From assembly GCA_051294375.1 (NCBI GenBank), contig CM119267.1, positions 1,879,368 to 1,943,367 on the forward strand: 64,000 bases of DNA, read 5' to 3'. The translations under genes were made by a program, and so were the position numbers. Positions 28,881 through 39,673 of the stretch are shown here, one piece after another (positions within the stretch are counted from its first letter, which is position 1; each line of letters opens with the position of its first letter). This DNA comes from Paraspadella gotoi (lineage: Eukaryota > Animalia > Chaetognatha). The notes below the pieces were generated by a model that saw only the letters and a list, made by a program, of their open reading frames with translations, did not search any database and had not been told where the DNA came from.

Positions 28881-29357
28881 ACCGACGGACCGACAAAGTG
28901 AATTATAGAGTCGGAATCTGCTGATAAAGAGATCCTGCTAAAAAGGGAAAAGCGGGAGAGATGAGAGGAATGTATCTGGGACGATGCCCCTGAAGAGGAG
29001 ATTGAGACGAGACGATAGAAGAGAGAGAGAAGGCTTACGAAGAATCGAGGAGAGAATAGAGAGAGAGGTCCACTTGGCGAAGGCTCTATCGTTCGGGTTC
29101 CGCGGCAGCGCTGCTGTTCCCTGATCATATCGGACTTTCCAGGGATTTAAAAAAAAAAAATAGAAAAAAAACCTTTTAACAAAGAACAAAGTTAATAATT
29201 TGCTTTTCCGTCGATTCACCACCCTTTTGAGCCCTTAACACCCCACTTCAGAACGACTACGAGAGAGAGAGAGAGAGAGAGAGAGTTGAGTATCCTTCTT
29301 CATCAAATCTTGGTTCCTTAAAGATTAAGGGGAGTATCTTGAACGGAACCGCCCTTC

Positions 29358-29465
29358 TCTTTTAACTTTTCTTTTAACTTATCTTTTAACTTATCTTTTA
29401 ACTTCTCTTTTAACATATCTTTTAACTTCTCTTTTAACTTATCTTTTAACTTATTTTTTAACTCA
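29358..29465. repeat. 12-bp minisatellite (TCTTTTAACTTA)n, ~9 copies
   Basis: Directly visible tandem units. Confidence 0.9.
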
Positions 29466-29498
29466 TATCTTTTTATACCAGTTGATCCAATTTTTCAA

Positions 29499-29650
29499 GT
29501 TGACCAAATTATGCTCGTTGAACAAATTATGCCCGTTGAACAAATTATGCCAGTTGACCAAATTATGTCAGTTGACCAAATTATGCATGTCTACAGTTTG
29601 ATCTTAGATCTCAGATCAAATTATGCAAGTTGACCAAGTTATGCAAGTTG
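29499..29650. repeat. 18-bp minisatellite (GTTGAMCAAATTATGCNN)n, ~7 copies with one interruption
   Basis: gttgaccaaattatgctc/gttgaacaaattatgccc/gttgaacaaattatgcca/gttgaccaaattatgtca/... Confidence 0.9.
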
Positions 29651-31231
29651 GTATACGCGCAGCTACAGCCTACTGGTAATGATCAAAAATAATTAATTGA
29701 TTCTATAGGAATTTTCATAGATTATTAAAAGTCCTGTTATCGCATTTTGTTATGTTGCATTAGTGATGATCTGTTAGATCAACAAATTGAAAGTCAAAAC
29801 GAAATTATCTGTGATTTATTATCGGATTAGCCTTATTAACCTGGTAAATTATCGTAGGCAGATCCGAGATTGTTGATGCAAACTTGTTTTACAAAATTCT
29901 CTAAGTCAAAAAATTGCAACAAAAAAACCCTATAATTTAAAGCTGTAAATTATTAAGTTATTATATTATATACATTTTTTATTTGATATTACTTTAATAT
30001 GAATCAATATCACCGCCTAAATTTTAATTTGAATAACAAGTAGACGAAGCGGATTCGATAACGATTTCGGACATCAAAGCGCGAAGTGTGATTGTCTGAG
30101 CGAAAATGTGATAAAATGGGAGGAGGAGAAAAAGTGTGAATTCTGACTTCAGGAGGCGGAAAGAGTGAAAACTGTGAAAACTTTGATACAATCACGGTTC
30201 TTCTTTTCGGTGAAACAAACGTAAAATTAAATTCTTTTTTACTTCCATCAGTGAAAAGGAAAATAAAAGTGTAAGTTTATCAGGGAAACTTTAATACAGG
30301 AGGCCGAGGGGAGAGAGGGGTAGGGAAGAGAGAGAGGAGAGAGAGAAGAGAGAGAGAGAGTAGTAGAGAGGAGAGAGAGAGAGAGAGAAGAGAAGAGAGA
30401 GAGGAGAGAGAGAGAGAGAGCTGAACTCCCTCGAGGGAGGAGAGTGCCTCAGAGCGGAGCGGCGAAAAGGAGTCGAGGTGTAGCCGGGGGTGAAGGGGAG
30501 GTGGCCGGGTGGGAAGGTGGCAGGAGTGAGGACCTGGTGGAGGAATGGGGAAGGTGGCAGTGGGTGGCAAGGGTAGGGAGGTGGCAGGGCGGGAGTGCAA
30601 AGGATTTGGTGGAGACTGTCCGAATTGCAAAGGGAATTCGGCCGCGGGTTTTGACACCGACCGACTGAGGGCGGCGCAGCTTAAAAGGAATGCTGTTAAT
30701 AGACATAATGCCACTGGTCTCATGTTCGAGACATAATATCTCATGTTATACGAACGTGATCGTCCTATCAGTCGTTGGCTCTGACGAAAATATAACAAAT
30801 AAATTCGAGGCAAGTTTCGAATTAAAAATTAAATTACAAAGCTTTTTTTCGATTGAAATTTTTTTTTCACTAATAAATTCGTGACTTTGAAAAAAAATTT
30901 TCGTTTTGTTTCTTTAAAAATTCGAATTTACGAAGTTTCCTTGATTTTGGTTCTTTGTTTTTTGTTTTTTTTGTTCGTTTTTTTATTTTTTTTTCGTATC
31001 AGAAATTGAATAAGTAACGTGGTTTGTTTTTTTTTTTAGTTTTAAAATAGAATATCCTACTTTGGTTCTAACTAGTATTTAAATAATTAATTTTAATTAA
31101 CTACTTAATTAAATCATTTACAATAATTTATTTTAACGTTTTATTGTTTGGCTTTGGACATCATTTTTTCCATTTAACTTTATCATTGTTCAGTTATCAT
31201 TGTCTTTTTGCTGTTTGAATAAATTTTAGAG

Positions 31232-31405
31232 TAATAAGAAACAAAATCCGTTGGTACAGCAAATTTAGTTTTTATTTATAGATGGCAACATGTTTTCGAC
31301 CGTCTTATTCATTAGCTGGTGACAGACTCGTAAATAAGAGTCGAAACCATGTCCATTATAATAAAACGTAAATTGCGTGTTAGCAACGGATTTTTTGCGT
31401 TATTA
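31232..31405 (+). ncRNA. Second hairpin element with degenerate hammerhead core (31316-31353)
   Basis: CTGGTGA-ca-GACTC-gtaaataa-GAGTC-GAAAC-CATGTC on + strand; imperfect inverted arms (aaaatccgttg...gttttat...acatgttttcgac..tcttatt vs aataagagtcgaaac.atgt...ataaaac...caacggatttt). The core has an A>G change and an extra C. Confidence 0.55.
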
Positions 31406-34400
31406 CCATCATTTATTATCAAAATGACTTTCCGTTCCAAAAATTGTAATACCCACTACTATATAATTGAAATATCGGAAAAAAATTGAAAAATACGCAA
31501 TTGTTTGATAACTAAAATAAATAATAAATAAATAAATGACACAATGTGGCGAACTAATTAAATTTTCTGACTTAAAAAAAAAAAATTGTTAAAAATTTAA
31601 AAAGAATTTATTGTAAAAGTAAATCCTTCTAAAGATAGCCTGCTTGTTTGATCTGTTCGAGTTTCTGCTGCGAGATCATGTTGGTTTCGTCGGTTCTAGG
31701 TTTCTGTTTTTTTCTTTCCTCTCTCCGCATTACAAGCGACGAGCGCTGCGGTTCGCTTTTCCCGCGAAAATCTCCGACGCAAATCAACTTACATGTCCTG
31801 AAATTAATTTTCTTGCTCAAGCGGATTCAAATTTAACATAAGGAAATGAACCCAGAGGCCAGGACCAAGACTTGTCTGCTGGCCGGCGGGCATGAGGGTC
31901 TCGACTCTCTCTCTCTTCTCTCACATCTCTGTCTTCATCTCTCCTTCGTTCTCTCCATCTCTCTCTCTCCTTACCTCTCCTCTAAACCGGCGAAAAACCG
32001 CCTCCCTCATTCTCTACTTTCCTTCACTTTTTTCCGCTTCTTCTCTTCTTTTCGCTCCAAATGTTTCCTTCCCTTCTCTTTTTTTTATTTCTGTTTCTTC
32101 TCTCCTTTTTTTAATATTATATTTATTTTCTTTATACTACTTTTCCCCAGTTTAGTTTTCTCATTCCTTTTTTTCTTCCTTCCTTTTTTCTCCGCTAAAT
32201 TTTCTCCCCTACTCTAATGCCTTTTTTTCCCCTTTCCTCTCTCTACATCCTTTTCTTTCCTTCCCTCCCTCTTAATCGCTTTCTTTCCTTTCCTCCTCTC
32301 TAATCCTTTTCTTCCTTTCCTCACTCTCTAATCTCTTTCTTTCCTTTTTTTCCTTCATCTTTAGCACCTTGTATGCTTATAAAACTAATTCCGGGAACTC
32401 CTCTTTTTCTTTTCTCTACTCATGTTTCCCACTTACCCTCCCTTTCTCTCTTCTTTCGCTCTCTCTTCCTATTCTCTTGCTTCTCTCTTCAACCTCTCTC
32501 TTCCCCTTTCCGCACTCCTTCCTTTCCTCTCTCTTACTCTCTCCCCACCTCTGCTCTTTCCCCTTTCCCCAGATGTAACTCACTCCTTCTCTCCTTATCC
32601 TCTCCTCTTCCTCACCTCCCCCATCTCTCTCTTTACCCTTTCCCCACTCGCTTCCCTTTCCTCTCTCTTCCTCTCTCCCCCACCTGCTCCTCTTTCTCCT
32701 CATTTCCCCCCCTACGGGTCTCAAAGACTCCCGTTATGGCCATCGTAAACTTTAATTGGCTACAATTACAATTCTCGTCTCCGGGCAACAAATGCCCGGG
32801 GGGAGACCGTACGCGCCACCGAGTCCAGTTAACTGCGACGAAAGACCCAACTTTTGGGGAGGGGGCCGGTTAGAAGGGAGGGGGTATTTGGGGGGGCAAG
32901 TTATAGGGTAGGGGTTAAAAGGGGGTCTGTAGGCCAGGGGGAAAGAAAAGGAAGAGAGGTAAATGAAAAGAAAAAAAAGGGGGAAGATGGAGAGGAAGAA
33001 AAAGTGAGCAAAAGAGAGGAGGAAAAGGAGATGAAAGAGGAGGAAAGGAGATAGGAGATAAAGAGAAAGGAAAGAGAGAAAGGAATAGAGGAGAATAAAA
33101 AAGAAGAGGAAAGGAGATAGGCGATAAAGAGAAAGGAAAAGAGAGAAAAAGGTAGAGGAGATAAAAAGAGGAGGAAAGAAGATAGGAGATAGAGAAAGGA
33201 AAAGAGAAGAAACGGATAGAGGATTAAAAGAAAGAGAAAAGGAGATAAAGAGAAACTAAATAGGAGGAAGGAGAGAAGCTGTACTCAGAAGGAAAAGTGC
33301 AGTTTAGATTTATCTCTCGTTCCAGTTTCTATGCGCCAGAAGACTTTAGTCGGGAACAAAATTGGATGGCAATTATGGCCGATTTAGACTTAGTTTATTT
33401 GCTATTTATGAATAAAGGTTGAATATGCGAAACAAGTAAAAAATATATATGATTTAACGAACAATTGTTTATATTCTGCTCTCTCTTCGTCTCATGATCT
33501 CATCTTCTCTCGGTCGGCTTCGTCTCTCTATCTCTCAAGCTCTGCTCTCTCTACCTCTCTACTCTCTCCTCTTCCTCGTCTGCTCTATCTGAATATTGAT
33601 GCACAGTGACAAAAGAGGTGACGCGACCGTCATTGTTATGTAAATCTTAAGATCGAACCGCGATACGTTCGGCTCGAAACCGCCGACACGACAATGCGTC
33701 GGCAATTGGCAATTGCCATTGTGTCGGCAACGCGTCCGGCGATCGAAAGAGGGCGCGGCCCATCCGGCGAGTGACGCGGGGTTGACACGAGCGTGACAGG
33801 AGCGTGACACGAAGAAACCCGAGTCTGAGTCAAACCTGTCAAAAGTTCCTTTCATCTTTTGCATCAAAAGATTTGAAATTGAGAAAGATTTTTACAATTT
33901 GATTTAAAAAAAAATTTAAAAAAAAAAGATTTTTTTTCTGTCATTTTTTTAAAATATTTTTTTTTTCTTTTCTTTTGTATTTTTTAAACTTTTCTTTCTG
34001 TCCCTTTTTTTTAATTTCATTTTTTCTTTCTGTTTTTTCTTTCTTTCTTTCTTGCCGATGTCTCTCCAACTTATTAATTTTTAAGTCATCTTATGTCAAT
34101 TTCAGTCGTTTTACGTCGCTTTTTTTATGTCACTTGACGTCATCTAACACTAATTTATCTTTTCATATTTTCTTTATTAAATATTCTTACCTTTTTCGAT
34201 ATCCTTCGTTCAAAAACATTTGTCTCAAGGTCAGTCGCTGTCCGTGAGTCAGTCGCTCCTTACCCATCGAGCTTGATGTATTTCTTCGTCTTTGTGAAGA
34301 CTCACAGTAGTTTTTACTGTCCAGATTTTTGACTTTTGTCGTCCGACGTCGCGAACCGAGGTGTCCATCTAATGCCTTTTGTCCCTTCACAGATCCCAGT

Positions 34401-35944
34401 CCTCTGACGACCACACGCTTCTTGTCCAGTAACATTCTTGTTTTTTCGCGGAGCAGCTCTTTTAGTTTACTTTTAGATCGGTCGGTCAGGTAAATTCTGC
34501 CATCCGGTCTGGTCCACTACGGTAAATTCTCAAATATGGCATATAATCTGCAGTCGGTTGCTCCATTTTGTTAAGAACGAAAAAACATCAAAATCTAAAG
34601 TGACCTGCTTGCGCCCGCCTTCCAGGAAATCTTAAAAACTATATAAGAGATACAAAGGACGAAGAAGGGGATAATAGGTACGTGTCAGAGCACCGACAAA
34701 AATTCTTAGACATACTTGCCTATCCTGATGAGTCCATCACTCACTTTCCGGTGCATGACTGTCACAAACTTCCTCCGGAAGACGTACATTTCACTCCTCC
34801 TCGTGTTATTCGACGTGTCATCACTGTTATTATTATTAACGCCATTCCGATCATGAACGTCATCTACCCTTGCCGGTTCCGAGTCATACGTCCATCACTT
34901 TCATCGTACTGTCCGATCATGCGGTCATCATTTCTGGTACGATTCAAACGTATGTACGTTCTTACTATGTGAGTCAAGATTCAAGAACTCGTTCAACTCA
35001 TGACGTTTAAGAGATCATAGACGTCAACATCTCAGCCCATGACGTCACCAATCCTTTCTCTCTCAATTTCAACATATGATGCAAGATATAAGAATCACCC
35101 TAAGCAATGAGAAGTAACAATGGATATATTTGAGAACTGTTATATCTCTTGACTTTCATTAAATCCTTTATCATTATTAGACTGAAATGAATTAAACAAT
35201 TGTGGCTGAAATAAAAGTGGATCATTTGTTTTTTCCTTAATTGCTTGAGATTGAAAATGCTCTCGCGGATATTTGTAGAAGAAAAAACAAAAGATAAAAG
35301 CGAACTTCCATTTATAATATTTTTTTTGGAAGCAACTTTATATTTCACTTGTCTTATTTAGCTATCTCATATTTATTGACGAAACTCATTAATCTAATTT
35401 TTTTAATGTTTAAACTAAAGATTTATGTAACTAATTTTATTAATTAATTAATTTTGAAAAACGAGAAGTTTATTTTACAACAAAGCTAAACATTTTTTTG
35501 TTAATGAACGAAATTTAGTTCAGTTTTCCNNNNNNNNNNGAGTCAAATCGTCGAAGATAGCTGTATTAATAAAATACAAATTTAATTATTTAATGTATTA
35601 ATAACGATATAAGATAAAGAACACTGAGCAATGTAAATTTTTTTTATCCACTGACCTTGGATCTCCTTTAGGCGTTCAATAATTACTTTGTTTGGCCGAG
35701 GTGGTGGTACCGGAGGAGCTTTTTTTGGCCTCATCATCGTTGTCTTCTTTGTCTTTAAAAAAAGTAGAGAAAAGAAATATTAAGTACTAATATGTTTACG
35801 TATTACTAAAAATACCCAAAGCATTAATTTGAAATTTTGGTGATATATGTATTTAATTAAACCGATTAATTTGAACGCGATAATAGAACCTAAAACTAAA
35901 CCTGCTATTAATCTATCTAGTCTAATCATATATTAAACTAATAA

Positions 35945-37441
35945 CTAACTCTGTTTACCTTTTATTGAAGACAATCTATCAAGTTTTATGTAACAAGTCC
36001 TAAGTTGTTTTCCGCTTCTTAATGTTAAGATATTACTCTCTACCATTTCCTCTTTTTCTTCAGTTTCACCATTTTCTTCGCCACAAATCACGCACTCCAT
36101 CCTTTCATCCTCTTTTTCCGTCTCTTCCACCGTACTGTCTGGATATTCATCTACTTCATCGCAGATTTGAAATTCATTCTCAACCGCCTTATCAACGCTG
36201 TCCTCATCTTCCATTGTATTCGTTAAATTATTCCTAACTTTTTCTATAACTGAGTGTAATCTGACCTTTTTGTCTTCCACTTCGTTTTCAATCCCCACCA
36301 TCTCATTTTCTTGTTCCTTTTCATCTATGATAATTACTCTACTGTTGCCACTTTCTTTGTTGCCGGTGAATAGTCGTGAGTAATTTTTCATATTCATTTG
36401 TAACGATGGAAAAGCAACATCGTTGTTGTTGTTGTTGGTCGCCGTCTCTTGTTGTTGACGCTCCATTTCTTCTAACTTTTTTTTTTCATTTTCTTCTCTG
36501 GCTTTGATCTGACATGTTAATAGTTTTGTAACCTTTCTCTTTTTCTTAAGTAATTCTTTCTTCTGTTCTTTTACCATCTCTTCCTCTAATTGTATTCTCT
36601 TAAGATAATTACTAAACTCATTTTCATAATTTAATGTTTTCATTTGTTTTTCCGTCATTTGTTCCAAGTTTTGTAACGGAGTGGTTGAAAGAAGTGTAGT
36701 AGCAATGGAAGATGGTGAATGATGTATCGTCATTCCTGCTGTTGTTTGCTGAGTTGTTGGCGTTGAAATAATCGCGCTCGGTTGTTTATCAATTGCGTTT
36801 TCTTTTAGAGGTGTTGCTTGATAGTTGTTATTGTTGATGTTCGGCAAAGGATGTCGAACGATAGATGGAGCTGATTGCAAGATAGATGGAGGTGATTGCA
36901 AGATAGTAGGACGAGGCGAAGTAAAAATGATAGATGGCGCTGCTTTCGTTGAATGAGAGAGAGAGATAGATTGAGCAGAAGGCTGTTTTAATTTTTGAGA
37001 AAAGATGATCTGTTTCGTTTGTAAGGTTGCTATCAAGTTCTCTTGTTGCCTAATCTTTTCATTTTGCTGATTAAGCATCATTGACTGCTGATTGATTTGT
37101 TGAATTTGTTGGTTTTGTATTTTTTTCAAATGCAAAATTTCCTCCTGTCTCATTTCTTCTCTCTTATTAGTTGTAAGGTAAATTGCAAAGTTTTTACCAA
37201 TATCTCTCACGCAAGGCGGATTTGTTGGTATAAAACGCCTAGAATTTCTTAATACCATCTCCGTTCCTCCATATATCCCCCATTGTAAAGTTGGTTGCAC
37301 CTCGTTTTTAGGGCTTGCGAATACAGGGGTTAGTATCGCGGTATTAAATTCTAGGGGTGAGGCAATAATCGACCCTGATTCTTGAACCGTCACCTGATTT
37401 CCTTGTGCTTCCTTGTTATCTTGTTGTTGTCTGGAATCCAT
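35945..37441 (-). CDS. Orphan 498-aa Q/N/T-rich, coiled-coil and acidic protein with a C-terminal CxxC; probably part of the element
   Basis: Long uninterrupted ORF in AT-rich DNA; ATG 80 bp from the ATPase ATG (divergent). Possible 3' intron 35958->35753 adding DKEDNDDEAKKSS... Confidence 0.7.
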   Translation of the reverse strand: MDSRQQQDNKEAQGNQVTVQESGSIIASPLEFNTAILTPVFASPKNEVQPTLQWGIYGGTEMVLRNSRRFIPTNPPCVRDIGKNFAIYLTTNKREEMRQEEILHLKKIQNQQIQQINQQSMMLNQQNEKIRQQENLIATLQTKQIIFSQKLKQPSAQSISLSHSTKAAPSIIFTSPRPTILQSPPSILQSAPSIVRHPLPNINNNNYQATPLKENAIDKQPSAIISTPTTQQTTAGMTIHHSPSSIATTLLSTTPLQNLEQMTEKQMKTLNYENEFSNYLKRIQLEEEMVKEQKKELLKKKRKVTKLLTCQIKAREENEKKKLEEMERQQQETATNNNNNDVAFPSLQMNMKNYSRLFTGNKESGNSRVIIIDEKEQENEMVGIENEVEDKKVRLHSVIEKVRNNLTNTMEDEDSVDKAVENEFQICDEVDEYPDSTVEETEKEDERMECVICGEENGETEEKEEMVESNILTLRSGKQLRTCYIKLDRLSSIKGKQS

Positions 37442-37521
37442 TCCTAAAAAAAAATATTAACATATTGCGAGTGATCATATATAATAAATGGTTTTCCTTA
37501 TATCTTATCATTTTAAAAAAA

Positions 37522-38345
37522 ATGGAATCACTATCGAATAAAAACATTTTTGACGCTAACATAATTACTCCGTTTTGCATGTTAGCGGTCGGTTCTTCAA
37601 ATTCAGGTTCATAGAAACTAGTTAATTATTTATCACTACTTAAAAAACATGTTGTTGTTTTTTTTTACAGGAAAAACTACATTTGTTTCAAATCTCATAA
37701 AACACAGCGGGGAGATAGTCGACCAACCATTTGGAAAAATACTAATCTGCCATCAAGCGAACGGAGACAATTATAACAACGACAACTTTCCGGCGCCTCT
37801 TTCCATCAAGGAGCGCCATCGCTGGAGCAAGTGGAAGATCTTGCCGAAACTCCAAACAGCGTCTTGATCTGCGACGACTTGGACAACTCGGCCGATCTGA
37901 ACTACGACCTCTTGCAGCGCATTTTTTGCGTAATCTCGCATCACTCGGTATGACATAAAAATTAATATAAATATCATTAGATTGTTGATTAACTTTATTT
38001 TTATTGTTTTTTTACTTTAGAGACTAAACTGCATCTTCATACTTCATAATCTTTATTCGAGACAAAATCCAGTTTTGAGGACTCTAAATTTAAACGCCTC
38101 TTATCTCGTCTTGACCAAGTTCTCCCGCGATCGAAGCGTCTTTCAAGTTTTAGGAAGACAACTGTATCCTGACAAGCCCAACCTGCTCGTCGAGTGTTAC
38201 GTCACAATCAAGAAAACTCGGAACATCAGTTTCCTTATCTATTGATCGATTGTCATCCCCATAGCAAGTCGAAACGTTAAAGATCAGATCGCGGATCTTT
38301 CCCTTCGAGGCGCCCTCTGTTATTTACAGAAGCAAGACGTCGTGA
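37522..38345 (+). CDS. Polinton DNA-packaging ATPase (A32/FtsK-like), 3 exons: 37522-37606, 37671-37947, 38021-38345; small frameshifts
   Basis: Spliced: ...LAVGSSNSG|KTTFVSNL (Walker A), VLICDDLD (Walker B), ISHHS|RLNCIFILHNLY, RTLNLNASYLVLTKFSRDRS..QVLGRQLYP, PYLLIDCHP, KIRSRIFP. Introns 37607-37670 (gttcat...ttacag) and 37948-38020 (gtatga...ctttag). Confidence 0.9.
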
Positions 38346-38719
38346 TGAAGCCACGGAACAATCTGGCCGCCAGAGAGCGTTTCGCCACCCAGTTTCCGCT
38401 TCTAAAAAAAGTTAACAAACTCCCGCGCAAACATCAAAAAGCATTTTGGCGTTCAAAAAAATCGAACGAAGCCTGCGTATGTCTCAGCGAAATATGCTTG
38501 AACGTTCTCAAGCGTAACATACCGGTAACCGGAAGTCAGTTATCTCGATTACGCCCATATAAGAAGCAGATGCACGCTCTCTCTCTCAGAAGTTCGCCCA
38601 TGAAACACCGAAAGCGAATCGTACAAAAAGGAGGCATGTTGTCTACCCTGATTTCCTTACTAGCTCCCTCTATCATCAGCCTCATCGTCGAAGCGGTCGC
38701 CAGAAAGAAAAAGAAATAA
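38345..38719 (+). CDS. Small basic Polinton virion/core protein ending in QKGG plus hydrophobic amphipathic helix
   Basis: CLSEICLNVLKRNIPVT..QLSRLRPYKK...RKRIVQKGGMLSTLISLLAP matches the small conserved Maverick gene that follows the ATPase; ATG overlaps the ATPase stop (TGATG). Confidence 0.75.
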   Translation: MKPRNNLAARERFATQFPLLKKVNKLPRKHQKAFWRSKKSNEACVCLSEICLNVLKRNIPVTGSQLSRLRPYKKQMHALSLRSSPMKHRKRIVQKGGMLSTLISLLAPSIISLIVEAVARKKKK

Positions 38720-38722
38720 ACG

Positions 38723-39673
38723 ATGTCGTCGAAGCCGTTGAGATACGCGGAGCGCATGTTTCTCGTTTCCGCAAAGGATTTGAAAAAACTCGGTTACAAC
38801 GTCCCTCCCACCGTCTCCTCCAATCACATCGTCGATTCCTTCGCCCCTAACCCTTCGCCGATTCCACCCAAGAACGTCAACATTCCCGAAGATTGTTACA
38901 TGGTTGACTTTAACAGCGAGTTTCTCAAGTCTAAGAAGCTCGCGGAGAACTTGGTGGAGAGCGATTGGAGGGGATTGGAATCGAGAATATCGCCGCTGAT
39001 CGAAAACATTAGCAAGGATCGATTGATGCGAAACAGAGACAGAATTAAAAGCGAAATTCTTTCTCTCAATGGAGTAGAGATAAAAAAAGATAGAGTTTTC
39101 GTGGATGACGTTTCGGTGGGCGACGTCGATGAAATCTCTAATCACTTGTCGTACACAAAGTCCATCTCCCCCGATCAAATTCAAAATTATTTGTTTTGGT
39201 TGAAAGATCAGAAGCCATCGAAAGAAGATGTCTCTCTCCCCGAGGACGTCAAAGAGATTCCTCAAACTTCGATAAAATTAGATTCCTCACCCGTCGTTAA
39301 AAAATCTGGCGTCATTTCGACGCCGGTTAAAAAGGCGGGAATCTCTCAGACTCCAACCAAGAGAATTAACGCCCTATCTTCAACGCCGGTCAAGAAANNN
39401 NNNNNNNCCGGAACGCCCGTTAAAAGACCGGCGCCGTCTTCACCCGCGGTCACCACTCCGGTTAAGAAGATCTCTACCCCTACCAGAAGAGAGGAACCGA
39501 AAAAGAAGACCGGGAGCCCCTTTAAAAAGAAAGTCACGACAACGACAACGACGTTAAAAAAAGCGCCGACGATCACTTCTCCGCCCAAAACTAGATCCAG
39601 AAAAAAGACGGTAGATACGGAGGATGTCCAACAAAAGAAAAAAGCTCNNNNNNNNNNATACCTCAGTCTCTGA
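38723..39673 (+). CDS. 316-aa protein with K/P/T-rich tail carrying repeated S/T-P-x-K/R motifs
   Basis: Open ORF between the small virion gene and the integrase; STPVKK, QTPTKR, STPVKK, GTPVKR, TTPVKK, STPTRR, GSPFKK, TSPPKT; two 10-N gaps. Confidence 0.75.
   Translation: MSSKPLRYAERMFLVSAKDLKKLGYNVPPTVSSNHIVDSFAPNPSPIPPKNVNIPEDCYMVDFNSEFLKSKKLAENLVESDWRGLESRISPLIENISKDRLMRNRDRIKSEILSLNGVEIKKDRVFVDDVSVGDVDEISNHLSYTKSISPDQIQNYLFWLKDQKPSKEDVSLPEDVKEIPQTSIKLDSSPVVKKSGVISTPVKKAGISQTPTKRINALSSTPVKKXXXXGTPVKRPAPSSPAVTTPVKKISTPTRREEPKKKTGSPFKKKVTTTTTTLKKAPTITSPPKTRSRKKTVDTEDVQQKKKAXXXXYLSL

Noticed and set aside
29499-29650. CRISPR-like appearance of regularly repeated 18-mers
   Set aside because: Units are head-to-tail without unique spacers; eukaryotic context, no cas genes.
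2700-33300. Dozens of L/S/F/P-rich and R/E/K-rich ORFs in the ORF track
   Set aside because: Translations of CT/AG microsatellites and purine/pyrimidine tracts; no domain signal.
33480-33850. Left terminal inverted repeat of the Maverick
   Set aside because: No AGT/AG-type terminus in the expected orientation and no matching inverted copy in the window.
34724-34770. CTGATGAGTCC as a third hammerhead (also CTGATGA at ~6349 and ~21649)
   Set aside because: No GAAA box after a helix II and no helix I/III pairing.
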